Source: Rhodocyclaceae bacterium
GTDB taxonomy: Bacteria; Pseudomonadota; Gammaproteobacteria; Burkholderiales; Rhodocyclaceae
Direction of reading: 5' to 3'
NCBI GenBank assembly: GCA_026415155.1
Contig: JAOAHQ010000031.1
Coordinates: 5,347-69,346 of the forward strand
Length of the DNA stretch: 64,000 bases
In this document: positions 31,134 to 40,440 of the stretch, piece by piece
How positions within the stretch are numbered: the stretch's first letter is position 1
Layout: the number at the start of each line of letters is the position of its first letter
Position numbers and translations under genes: made by a program
The notes under the pieces: model-generated
What the model was told of the DNA's origin: nothing
Database searches by the model: none
What the model saw: the letters and a program-made list of their open reading frames with translations, nothing else

Positions 31134-32017
31134 TGTGGATTTCGGTCGCCCTCGAAACCGATGCGGCGCATGCCGAGGCGCTCTCCGAGGCGCTTCTCGC
31201 CGCCGGCGCGATTTCGGTCGCGGTCGAGGACGCACAAGCCGGCACCGAGCTTGAAACGCCCCAGTTTGGCGAGCCCGGCTCGCCCGCGACGCCGCTGTGG
31301 GCGCAAAGCCGCCTGATTGCCCTCTTCGAGCCGGCGGAGGACTTGAGGTCGCGCCTTGCTGCCGCCGTACGCGAAGGGGGGCTCGAAGAATTACCGGCGA
31401 TCTCGTTTGAGGAGGTCGCGGAACAAGACTGGGTGAGGTTGTCACATTCGCAATTCGAGCCGATCCAGATTTCCGAGCGGCTGTGGATCGTGCCTTCCTG
31501 GCACGCCGCACCCGATCCGGCGGCGATCAACCTCGTCCTCGATCCTGGGCTCGCCTTCGGCACCGGCAGCCATCCGACGACGCGGCTGTGCCTCGAATGG
31601 CTGGAGGCGAACGTCGTGCCGGGCTCATCCGTCCTCGACTACGGCTGCGGCTCAGGCATCCTCGCCCTCGCTGCGTTGAAACTCGGCGCCGGCGATGCGC
31701 TCGGCGTCGACATCGACCCGGCGGCGCTCGCCGCCGCGGCTGAGAACGCGGCGCGTAACGGCGTTTCCCTGCGGCTAGCGCCTTCGAGCGCGCCGCTCGA
31801 GGAGCGCTTCGATTTCGTCGTCGCCAACATCCTCACCAATCCGCTGAAGCTCCTCGCCCCGCTGCTCGCCGGCAGGCTCAAGCCGGGTGGGGCGCTCGCG
31901 CTCTCGGGCGTACTCGAATCCCAGGCGGATGAAGTCATCGCCGCCTATGCGCCGTATCTTCCCCTCTCGGTCGGCGCGGCGCGCGAAGGCTGGGTGCGCC
32001 TCGAAGGCAGGCGTTAA
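31133..32017 (+). CDS. prmA: Ribosomal protein L11 methyltransferase
   Basis: DPGLAFGTGSHPTT, LDYGCGSGIL, VANIL. Confidence 0.95.
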   Translation: MWISVALETDAAHAEALSEALLAAGAISVAVEDAQAGTELETPQFGEPGSPATPLWAQSRLIALFEPAEDLRSRLAAAVREGGLEELPAISFEEVAEQDWVRLSHSQFEPIQISERLWIVPSWHAAPDPAAINLVLDPGLAFGTGSHPTTRLCLEWLEANVVPGSSVLDYGCGSGILALAALKLGAGDALGVDIDPAALAAAAENAARNGVSLRLAPSSAPLEERFDFVVANILTNPLKLLAPLLAGRLKPGGALALSGVLESQADEVIAAYAPYLPLSVGAAREGWVRLEGRR

Positions 32018-32026
32018 ACTGGCGTC

Positions 32027-32944
32027 ATGCTCACCCGCTGCCCGCACTGCCAGACGCGCTTTCGCATCACGCCAGAACAACTCAAGGCGCGAGCGGGCCT
32101 GGTGCGCTGCGGCGTCTGTCGAGAGGCGTTCAACGCGCTCGACAGCTTAAGCGATGAGCCTCTCTTCATGGCGCCGGCCTTGCCGACGACGTCCGCCGTG
32201 CCGCCCGAGGCCCGGCCAATCGCCGAAGCCAAGGCCGCAGAAGCCGAAGACTACGCGCCAGCGGTGCCAGCAGACGATGCTGCCTTTGAGCCCGAAGCGC
32301 CTGCTGAACCTGCGACCGAGCCGATCCCTCCGCCCTCGCCTGCTTTGCCTGCTGAGCCCAAGCCCCAATTAGCGCCTCGACCTGAAGCCGAGCCAGAACC
32401 CGAGACCGAGCCGGAGCCAGCACGAGAAGCGGCCCAGGAAACGGCCCTCGCGCCGCTCGAGCCTGCTACCCCGCCGCGCCGCTGGCCTTGGGCGGTGGCG
32501 AGCGCCTGCCTCGCCAGCCTTGCCGCCCTCCAGCTCGTCTTCATCTACCGCGTGGAACTCGCTGTGCTGCTGCCCGCCATGCGGCCGGGGCTCGTGGCCG
32601 CCTGTGAATTTTTCGGCTGCGAGGTGCCGTATCCCCGCCGGCCGGAACTCGTCAGCATCGAAAGTTCCGATCTCGTCCCTGCCGAGGGCGAGCGCCTCAG
32701 GCTTGCCGCCGTGGTGAAAAACCGCGCGCCTTTCCCGCAGGAATATCCGCATCTCGAATTGACGCTCACCGACAGCCTCGATGCCGCCTTGGTGCGCCGT
32801 GTGCTTGCGCCGGCCGAATGGCTGCCGGCCGCGCACGCGGCCGCCGGCGGCTTCCCGCCGGGCAGCGAGGCGGCCGTCGATCTCCTCCTCGAAGCGAGCG
32901 GCGTGCCGGCCGTCGGCTACCGGCTCTATCTCTTCTACCCCTGA
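32027..32944 (+). CDS. Zinc-ribbon/DUF3426 membrane protein
   Basis: CPHCQT..VRCGVC zinc ribbon, Pro/Glu linker, TM helix, PHLELTLTD; usual position after prmA. Confidence 0.85.
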   Translation: MLTRCPHCQTRFRITPEQLKARAGLVRCGVCREAFNALDSLSDEPLFMAPALPTTSAVPPEARPIAEAKAAEAEDYAPAVPADDAAFEPEAPAEPATEPIPPPSPALPAEPKPQLAPRPEAEPEPETEPEPAREAAQETALAPLEPATPPRRWPWAVASACLASLAALQLVFIYRVELAVLLPAMRPGLVAACEFFGCEVPYPRRPELVSIESSDLVPAEGERLRLAAVVKNRAPFPQEYPHLELTLTDSLDAALVRRVLAPAEWLPAAHAAAGGFPPGSEAAVDLLLEASGVPAVGYRLYLFYP

Positions 32945-32955
32945 TCCTGACGATT

Positions 32956-33891
32956 ATGCACACCCTCATCTGCGGCTCGCTCGCCTACGACACCATCATG
33001 GTGTTCCACGATCGCTTCAAGCACCACATCCTGCCCGAGCAGATCCACATCCTCAACGTCGCCTTCCTCGTGCCCGACCTGCGGCGCGAATACGGCGGCT
33101 GCGCCGGCAACATCGCCTATAACCTCAAGCTCCTGGGCGGCCGCCCGCTCATCATGGCCGCGGTGGGCGACGATTGCGAGCCCTATCTCGTGCGCCTCAA
33201 GAAGCTCGGCCTCGAGGCCACCCATGTGCGCCGCGTGCCGGGCACCTATACGGCGCAGGCCTTCATCACAGCCGATTTGGACGACAACCAGATCACCGCC
33301 TTTCACCCGGGCGCGATGAATTTCTCGCACGAGAACCACATTGGGGATGCGCGCGATGTCACCTTGGGCATCGTCGCGCCGGATGGCCGCGACGGCATGT
33401 TGCAGCATGCGCGGCAGTTCCATGAGCTCGGCATTCCCTTCGTCTTCGACCCAGGCCAAGGCCTGCCGATGTTCTCGGGCGCGGAGCTCATGGAATTCCT
33501 GCAGCTGGCGCGCTGGTGCTGCGTCAATGACTATGAGGCGCGGCTCCTCGTCGAGCGCACCGGCCGCTCGCTCGAAGCGCTCGCCGGCGAGGTCGAAGCG
33601 CTCATCGTCACCTTAGGCGGCAAGGGCTCGCGCATCTACAGCGAAGGACGGGTGATCGACATTCCCGCCGTGCCGCCTGAGGCGCTGCTCGATCCAACGG
33701 GCTGCGGCGATGCCTATCGCGCCGGCCTCCTTTATGGCCTCGAGCAAGGCTGGGCGTGGGAGAAGATAGGCCGGCTGGCGAGCCTCATGGGCGCGATCAA
33801 GATCGCCCATCGCGGCGGGCAGAACCACAAGCTCACGCGCGAAGAGATCGCAACAAGATACCGCGCCGCCTGGGGGGAAAGCCTCGACTGA
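32956..33891 (+). CDS. PfkB-family carbohydrate/nucleoside kinase
   Basis: GSLAYD, GGCAGNIAY, DPTGCGDAYRAG. Confidence 0.9.
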   Translation: MHTLICGSLAYDTIMVFHDRFKHHILPEQIHILNVAFLVPDLRREYGGCAGNIAYNLKLLGGRPLIMAAVGDDCEPYLVRLKKLGLEATHVRRVPGTYTAQAFITADLDDNQITAFHPGAMNFSHENHIGDARDVTLGIVAPDGRDGMLQHARQFHELGIPFVFDPGQGLPMFSGAELMEFLQLARWCCVNDYEARLLVERTGRSLEALAGEVEALIVTLGGKGSRIYSEGRVIDIPAVPPEALLDPTGCGDAYRAGLLYGLEQGWAWEKIGRLASLMGAIKIAHRGGQNHKLTREEIATRYRAAWGESLD

Positions 33892-33914
33892 AGGCGGCAT
33901 GGGCGGAAAAGAAA

Positions 33915-33956
33915 CGTCCCGCCAGGCCGGCTGAAAGTCGGCGCCGGCGGGACGGC
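33915..33956. terminator. Hairpin formed by an inverted pair of the dispersed motif between convergent genes
   Basis: CGTCCCGCCAGGCCGGCT-GAA-AGTCGGCGCCGGCGGGACG; full motif copy at 33934-33956. Confidence 0.7.
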
Positions 33957-33972
33957 ATAGCGCCGAGGAGGG

Positions 33973-35964
33973 CTAGAACGCCATGCGCCAGGAGGCAGCC
34001 AGCCAATAGCTGGGCATTTCGCCACGGCTCGTCGCGTTGAGCATCAGCGAACCCTGCCCGCCGCCGAGCTTGCCTTCGATGCCTAAGCCGGCGCGCAGCC
34101 AGGTGCGCTCATAGCTTTGGCCCGGCACGGTGACGGTGAAACCGCCGGGGCCGAGGATCGTCGCCGTGGCTGCCGCGGCCCTGTCTTCGAAACGATGCGT
34201 CGCTTCAAGCGTGCCGAGGAGTTTGGCCGCGCCAAGCGTTTTCACGGCATTGGCGCCGATGCGCAGATCGTTGGTCGACTCGCTCCTGCCAGCAAACGCG
34301 GCCGGCCAAGCGCCGCCCGTTTCGGTGTAGGCATCTACTTTGGCGCGCGTATGGGTGAGGTTGGCATAGGGGCTCAAGGAAAAATCGGCGCTTTTCACCA
34401 GGTTTTGCCATTCGAGTCCCAGCGACACCGCCCAGCTGCGGACGCCCGGCTGGCCCGTCGAGTGATCGGGCAGGCCTGCGTTGAGATAGCCGCGGCGGAT
34501 CTTCGCGTCGCCCCAGTGGTGGTAGCCCATCAGCACGGCCCACAGGCCATCGTCCTTGCCGCCGCTCAAGGGCAGCAGCCCTTCGGCGAACAGGAAGCTG
34601 CCCTCATGCTTGATGTGGCTGTCGAGCGGCTGGGCGAACTTGCTCCAGGTGTGGCCGAGCGCGGCATTGACCTGCAGCGGGCCGAAGTTGCGCCCCAGGC
34701 CCACTTCCGCCAAGCCGAGATTGCCGTCACGCTCGCCATGCTCGTCGCGGCCCAGGTCGCCCGCCACCCAGAAGGCATGCTTGCCGGCCTCCACGCGGCG
34801 CGACAGCGGCCGGCTGTGCGCGCCGTGCAGCACCACGCCGACGGATTGCAAGGTAATGCCCACGTTGGCGGCTGCCTGCGTAAGGGTGTTCGAGATCTGC
34901 TGGACCGAAATCAGGCCGCTGCCTCCACCATTGATTGCTGTGATCTTATTGCTGCCAGAAGAGCAGCCGGCGCGGGCGACATAGGCTTCGCCATTGTCGA
35001 GCTCGCCGACCACGACGCAGCCATCGGCGTTTGTGGCATTGGCCGTGCGCGGCACGATGCCGGAGCCAACCGTGACACCGGCGGATGCCAGCCAGTCGGT
35101 GATCGACTGCATACTGTTGGAAGCCCAGCGGAAGCCGCGCAATTGATTGCTGGAATCATAGCTGTCGCCGACGATGACATTGCCGTCGGCCGAGATGGCA
35201 TTGGCCCAAGACGCGCTGCCACCCAGCGTGTTCAGAGAAGTCATGCCGCTACTTGTCCAACGGAATGCTAGGGCATCACTCTTGTCATCGTTGGAATAGC
35301 TGCTGCCCACGACGATCGAGCCATCGCCCGACACGCCGGTGGCCTCGGATTTCGTCTTGCCGGTGAGATTGCCGAGGCCCGTCATGCCGCTACTAGTCCA
35401 GCGAAAAGCTTTGGGATTGGCGCCATAAGTACCGTAGGAAGTACCGACCACGACGCTACCGTTGCTATTGACGGCCGTAGCCACGGCTTCTGCATCGCCG
35501 GTGAGCTTTCCCAGGTTCTCAAGACCGCCGCTCGAGGTCCAGCGGTACGCATAGCCCGTGTTGGAGCCGCTGTTATACACGCCGCCCACCACGACGCTGC
35601 CATTGCTCGAGACTGCATTGCCATAGACATCTGAGCCGTCGACAGTGATGTAGCTGATCGAGCCGTTGTTCCAGACAAAGGCCCGTAAAGGCGAGCCATA
35701 CGACGTGCCGACGATGACGCTGCCGTTATTCGATACGCCCCTTGCGGCGCTGTTGCCGGGGATGCCCAGTGTAACGAGCCCGCCGCTTTCAGTCCATTTG
35801 TAAGCCTGGCCGCCAGATGCCGTGCTAATGTAACCGACGACCGTCGATCCATCCCCGGAGACCCCCGTGGCTCGCGTCGTCGTCGATTGGGCGGCTGCCA
35901 CCCCCGCCCAAGCCGCCGCCAGCGCCGCCGCGAGCGGCTTGAGCGGAAACGATGTTCGTTGCAT
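33973..35964 (-). CDS. Autotransporter-like protein with HAF-type repeat passenger
   Basis: Signal peptide, seven A.avS.dGsvvVG repeats, roughly 300-aa C-terminal amphipathic beta region ending in Phe (WRMAF). Confidence 0.8.
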   Translation of the reverse strand: MQRTSFPLKPLAAALAAAWAGVAAAQSTTTRATGVSGDGSTVVGYISTASGGQAYKWTESGGLVTLGIPGNSAARGVSNNGSVIVGTSYGSPLRAFVWNNGSISYITVDGSDVYGNAVSSNGSVVVGGVYNSGSNTGYAYRWTSSGGLENLGKLTGDAEAVATAVNSNGSVVVGTSYGTYGANPKAFRWTSSGMTGLGNLTGKTKSEATGVSGDGSIVVGSSYSNDDKSDALAFRWTSSGMTSLNTLGGSASWANAISADGNVIVGDSYDSSNQLRGFRWASNSMQSITDWLASAGVTVGSGIVPRTANATNADGCVVVGELDNGEAYVARAGCSSGSNKITAINGGGSGLISVQQISNTLTQAAANVGITLQSVGVVLHGAHSRPLSRRVEAGKHAFWVAGDLGRDEHGERDGNLGLAEVGLGRNFGPLQVNAALGHTWSKFAQPLDSHIKHEGSFLFAEGLLPLSGGKDDGLWAVLMGYHHWGDAKIRRGYLNAGLPDHSTGQPGVRSWAVSLGLEWQNLVKSADFSLSPYANLTHTRAKVDAYTETGGAWPAAFAGRSESTNDLRIGANAVKTLGAAKLLGTLEATHRFEDRAAAATATILGPGGFTVTVPGQSYERTWLRAGLGIEGKLGGGQGSLMLNATSRGEMPSYWLAASWRMAF

Positions 35965-35994
35965 TGTCGCTGTCCTCCTGAGCGTTGAGAATTC

Positions 35995-37491
35995 TTACGG
36001 CCGCAGCGCCGCGACGAGGTTTTCGTTGAAGGTGGCGCCCACCTTCATGACACCCTGGGCGAACTTGAGCGGATCAATCTTGAGCTCGCGCTTTTCGTTG
36101 AAGTACTGCACGCCTTGCGCGCCGGTGGCAAGGGTGAGCGCATTGGCAAGCGAGGCCGTGTCGTAGGCATCGACGGTCTTCACGCTGCCGAATTCGCCGT
36201 CGAGATAAAAGCCCTTGTCGAGCTTGACGCTGCCGAAGCGGCCGTCGTAGAAGATCTTCGCGTCGTAGCCGTCGGTGTAGAACAAGCTGCTGCGCGCGAC
36301 GAGGCCGAGCTTCGGTATCAGGTCGGCGTGGGCGTCTGAGCGCCAGCGGCTTCTGCCGCTCGATTCGATCTCGGCGATGTCGATCTGCACGGTCGGCATC
36401 AGCGCCACGGCATCGAGACGCGCCGCGAGCTCATAGACCGCCCGCTGGGTATCGAGATCGACGAGGCGGTCGGAAAGATACGTATCGATGCTGCTGCTCA
36501 CAAAGAAGAGCGGCATGTTGCTCGGCGTGAAGACCATGTAGCCGCGCCGGTCGCCTTGGGACGTGGGGTTCACGGTGTAAGGCTTTTGCTCGACGAACTT
36601 GATCTTCGTATAGCCCGGCGTCTTGACGACTTCTTCGAAGGGCACGACCTCGCGGCCGGCGGCTTTCAGGCGCGCGAGGAAATCCTCGTAGAGCCGGTCG
36701 GTGAGCGCTTGCAGAAACTTCGCATCGGCGCCGGCAAGCGCCATCTCGACGCGCTTGTTCTGCGCCTGGGTGATGGTGGTAACGCCGATCGGCGAAGGCG
36801 TGCGGCTGCCGATGTTGGCCAAGCCGCCGCCGGCATAGGCGTGGGCGACGGTCTTGACGACGAAGGCGACGCGGAAGTTGGGCACGAAGACGCGCGGTTT
36901 GGCGATGCCGCTGCCGCTGCGATCGAGCTTGAGCTCGACGCCAAGCGGTGTGGCGTCGGCCACCGCCTGGCGGAGGACCTCTTCGAGCGGCAGGGCCGGC
37001 GCCTGCGACTGCGCCGGCAGCGGCACGATCGCTTGCGGGTTCGCGGCCGGCGCATCCGGGTCGGAGGCCTTGCAGCCCTTGGCGACGAACAAGGCGGTCA
37101 GATGCTCCTTGCGGGCAAGTGCCTGGGCTTCGCGCTCTTTTGCCTGCGCGGCCGTCTTCATGCCGGACTGCCCGGCGACGTCGGCGGCGGTCTTCGCCGC
37201 CACCGAGCCGGCGATGTGACCGAAGAGGCCGCCGATCTGGCCGAAGAGGCCGGTGCGGCTCGCCACCTCGGCGGCCACGCCGCCCGCCTGGCCGGCGAGC
37301 GCCGTCTTCTCGCCCTCGGCCTGGATGGCCTTGGCCTCGGCGATGATCTTGTCCATCGCGAGGTGCTCGTCGTGGATCTGCCGGCAAGTGAGCTCGCCGT
37401 CGGTGATCTTGACCCGCTCGATCGGCGCCTGCGCCCAGGCGGCGGGCAATTGAAACAGCAGTAGCAACGCCAGTGTCGTGCGCTGGTGCAT
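35995..37491 (-). CDS. Secreted hypothetical protein
   Basis: Signal peptide ending AWA-Q, Gly/Ala-rich helical segment flanked by two Cys; typical codon usage; co-directional with the autotransporter. Confidence 0.75.
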   Translation of the reverse strand: MHQRTTLALLLLFQLPAAWAQAPIERVKITDGELTCRQIHDEHLAMDKIIAEAKAIQAEGEKTALAGQAGGVAAEVASRTGLFGQIGGLFGHIAGSVAAKTAADVAGQSGMKTAAQAKEREAQALARKEHLTALFVAKGCKASDPDAPAANPQAIVPLPAQSQAPALPLEEVLRQAVADATPLGVELKLDRSGSGIAKPRVFVPNFRVAFVVKTVAHAYAGGGLANIGSRTPSPIGVTTITQAQNKRVEMALAGADAKFLQALTDRLYEDFLARLKAAGREVVPFEEVVKTPGYTKIKFVEQKPYTVNPTSQGDRRGYMVFTPSNMPLFFVSSSIDTYLSDRLVDLDTQRAVYELAARLDAVALMPTVQIDIAEIESSGRSRWRSDAHADLIPKLGLVARSSLFYTDGYDAKIFYDGRFGSVKLDKGFYLDGEFGSVKTVDAYDTASLANALTLATGAQGVQYFNEKRELKIDPLKFAQGVMKVGATFNENLVAALRP

Positions 37492-37649
37492 CGTCTTCCC
37501 CCTGATCGCTCCATGACGGCGAACGGCCGCCGTCGCCGCGGGATTTTCGGCAATCGCGGCGGGCAGCGGCAATCCCGTAAACGCGGGGGTAGCGTTTCGC
37601 CGCGCTTGTTTGCAAAATCTTTGGCAATGCCGGCCTTGATCGAGAGAAG

Positions 37650-39791
37650 GTGCTCACGACGCGCTCTCCTGCCCAGCGCTTTGCGATTTTCTGGCTCGCT
37701 GCCTTGCTGCTGGCAGCGCTCACGGTCTATCTCGCCCTAGAAGCGCCCTCGCTTGGCCTGCGCTTTTCACCTACTGCGGAAGGCCGCGTCATCATCGCCG
37801 CCGCGCCAGCGGCCAGTGGCATTCCGGCAGGGGCCGAGGCACTCGCCCTCACGGCGGCAGACGGGCGCCGCCTGGCCCTCGAAGCGGCGGATCTCATCGA
37901 AGAGCCGGACTTTTACGACAGCTATGCCGAGATGGACGCCTTCTTCGCCCGCCAGGCCGCCCTCACGTCGCTCCTCGAAGCCCAGGCGGTGCACCTCCTC
38001 TGGGCGCTGCCGGGCGGCGAGGCCGCCGAGACCGCCCTCCTGCCCCGCAAAAGGCGCATGATCGAGCTGCCGTTCGCCTTCTGGTTCCAGCTCGCGGTGG
38101 GCCTCTCTGGCCTCTTGATCGCGGGCTGGGTGTTCGCCGTGCGGCCTGGAGAGCTCGCCGTGCGGCTCTTTGCCGTCACCGGCTGCGCGCTGCCGCTTTC
38201 CGCCTTGAGCGCAGCGATCTACAGCACGCGCGAACTCGCCCTGCCCGAAGACCTGTTTCGGTTGCTCTCGCATGCCAACCATCTGGGCGCCACGCTCTTT
38301 GGCATGGCGCTCGTCGCGCTCTTCCTTGTCTATCCGCGCCCGCTCGTGGCGCCTTCCCGGCTAATAGCGATCCCCGCCGTCTTCCTGCCCTGGTATCTCG
38401 CCGATGCGCTGCGCTTCGCGCCCGATCTCGATTGGGGCGTGCGCCTGCCGCTCTTTCTGGAGCTTGGCCTTTCCATCGCGTTTGCGTTCTGGCAGTGGCG
38501 GAAAAGCCGTCACGATCCGCTCGCGCGCGCCGCCTTGCGCTGGTGCGCGCTGTCGATCCTCATCGGCTCGAGCCTCTTTCTCGCCCTCGTGCCCGGCTAC
38601 AGCAGCCTCGGGCATCTGCCGCCGCTTGCGCAGTCCTATGCCTTCGGCTTCTTTCTCATCATGTACGCCGGCATCGCGCTGGGCCTGCGCCGCTACCGCC
38701 TCTTCGACATCGATGAATGGGCCTGGCGCATCCTGCTGTGGCTGGCGGCCGCCGCGTTGGTGGTGCTGCTCGATGTGCTGTTCATCCTCGTCGGCATCGG
38801 CCAGGCCTTGTCCCTTGGCGCCTCCCTCCTCGTCGCCGGCTGGCTCTATTTCCCTTTACGCCAATGGCTGTGGAGCCGGCTCGTCGAGCGCAAGGCGCCG
38901 GGGCTCGAGGAGCTCTTGCCGCAGCTTTCCGACTTCGCCTTTCTCGCCGACGGCACGGCGCGCGAGGCGCATTGGGATGCGTTGCTCAAGCGCGCCTTCG
39001 ACCCGCTCGAAATCCGCCGCGCGGCAGACGGGAAAGCGGCGGTAGAGCTTCGCGAAGAGGGGTTGGCGCTCTTCATTCCGGCGATGGGCGGATTGGCGCC
39101 GCGCTGCCTGCGCTATGCCGCCGCCGGCCGCCGCCTCTTTTCGACGCGCGATTGGCGCTTTGCCGAGGCGCTTCATCACCTCGCCGAGCAAATCCTCCTG
39201 CAGCGGCAAAGCGCCGAGCAAGGCGCGCGCGAGGAACGCCAGCGCCTGGCGCGCGATTTGCACGACAACCTCGGCGCGCGGCTGCTGCGTCTCATCCACC
39301 ACCTGCGCGGCACGCCGGATGCCGAGCTTGCGCGCGAGGCGATGAAGGACTTGCGCGATGCGATCGCCGCGATCGATGCGCCGCCCGGGCCGCTCGATGC
39401 GGCGCTCTCGGACTGGCGCGCCGAGACGGCGGCGCGCTGCGAGGCCGCCGGTGTGGCCCTTCTCTGGAACGAGCCGCCGCTGCCGCCGCTCGAGGTCTCG
39501 GCGCGCATCAAGGCCGCGCTCGGCGCCGCCTTGCGCGAGGCGGTGTCGAACGCCTTGAAGCACGCTACCCCCAGCGCGATCGAGGTGCGCGTGGAGATGA
39601 ACGAAGACGAGCTCGTGCTGACGATCGCCAACGACGGCGCACCGAGCGATCCGGCCCAATGGCGAGAAGGCTATGGCCTGCGCAGCCTCCGCGCCCGCTT
39701 ACATGGCTTGGGCGGGGCGTTTTCCATCGCAGAGCGCGAAGGGCGGGTGAGCCTCAGCTTCACGATCCCGCGCCGGAGGCTAGCCGCATGA
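37650..39791 (+). CDS. Multi-TM sensor histidine kinase (HisKA_3 type)
   Basis: ERQRLARDLHDNLG, EAVSNALKHA, NDG, GYGLRSL; many TM helices. Confidence 0.88.
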   Translation: MLTTRSPAQRFAIFWLAALLLAALTVYLALEAPSLGLRFSPTAEGRVIIAAAPAASGIPAGAEALALTAADGRRLALEAADLIEEPDFYDSYAEMDAFFARQAALTSLLEAQAVHLLWALPGGEAAETALLPRKRRMIELPFAFWFQLAVGLSGLLIAGWVFAVRPGELAVRLFAVTGCALPLSALSAAIYSTRELALPEDLFRLLSHANHLGATLFGMALVALFLVYPRPLVAPSRLIAIPAVFLPWYLADALRFAPDLDWGVRLPLFLELGLSIAFAFWQWRKSRHDPLARAALRWCALSILIGSSLFLALVPGYSSLGHLPPLAQSYAFGFFLIMYAGIALGLRRYRLFDIDEWAWRILLWLAAAALVVLLDVLFILVGIGQALSLGASLLVAGWLYFPLRQWLWSRLVERKAPGLEELLPQLSDFAFLADGTAREAHWDALLKRAFDPLEIRRAADGKAAVELREEGLALFIPAMGGLAPRCLRYAAAGRRLFSTRDWRFAEALHHLAEQILLQRQSAEQGAREERQRLARDLHDNLGARLLRLIHHLRGTPDAELAREAMKDLRDAIAAIDAPPGPLDAALSDWRAETAARCEAAGVALLWNEPPLPPLEVSARIKAALGAALREAVSNALKHATPSAIEVRVEMNEDELVLTIANDGAPSDPAQWREGYGLRSLRARLHGLGGAFSIAEREGRVSLSFTIPRRRLAA

Positions 39792-40426
39792 GGGCGCTCA
39801 TCGTCGAGGACATGCCCGAATCCCAGGCGCTGCTTTGCGAAGTGGCGGCCCAGGCCTTTCCGGGCATCGTCTGCGATTGCGTCGCCGATGTCTCAAGCGC
39901 CCTGGCGCAGCTTGGGCAGGACTACCGGCTTGCGCTCGTCGACCTTTCCTTGCCCGATGGCAGCGGCATCGCAGTCGTCGAGCGCTTCTCGCGCGCCCAG
40001 CCGGAATGCACGCTCGTCGTGGCAACCATCTTCGGCGACGATGAACACCTCTTCGCCGCCTTGCGCGCCGGCGCCCAAGGCTACTTGCTCAAGGACGAGC
40101 CGCCCGAGCTGCTCGTGCGCGCGCTCGAAGGCATCCGCGATGGGCGCCTGCCGCTTTCGCCCGCCGTGGCGCGGCGCATCCTCGGCTATTTCCGCCAGCA
40201 AAGCGGCGCGCCTGCCGCCGAAGCCGCCGAGCGTGTCACGCTCACGCCGCGCGAATGCGAAGTGCTTAGCCTGCTCGCGCGGGGCTTGCGCATCGCCGAG
40301 ATCAGCCGCGAGCTCGGCATCTCGCATCACACGGCGGGCGATCACGTCAAGAACATCTACCGCAAGCTCAACATCTCCTCGCGCGCCGAGGCCGCGCTGC
40401 AGGCCAAGCAGCTCGGCCTCTTGTGA
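39788..40426 (+). CDS. NarL/LuxR-family response regulator
   Basis: IVED, VDLSLPDGSG, GYLLK, LTPRECEVL, HVKNIYRKL. Confidence 0.92.
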   Translation: MRALIVEDMPESQALLCEVAAQAFPGIVCDCVADVSSALAQLGQDYRLALVDLSLPDGSGIAVVERFSRAQPECTLVVATIFGDDEHLFAALRAGAQGYLLKDEPPELLVRALEGIRDGRLPLSPAVARRILGYFRQQSGAPAAEAAERVTLTPRECEVLSLLARGLRIAEISRELGISHHTAGDHVKNIYRKLNISSRAEAALQAKQLGLL

Positions 40427-40440
40427 GGCCGCAAGCACGC

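Noticed and set aside
32380-32420. GAGCC-type short repeats in the DUF3426 gene
   Set aside because: They encode a Pro-Glu linker; ordinary low-complexity coding sequence
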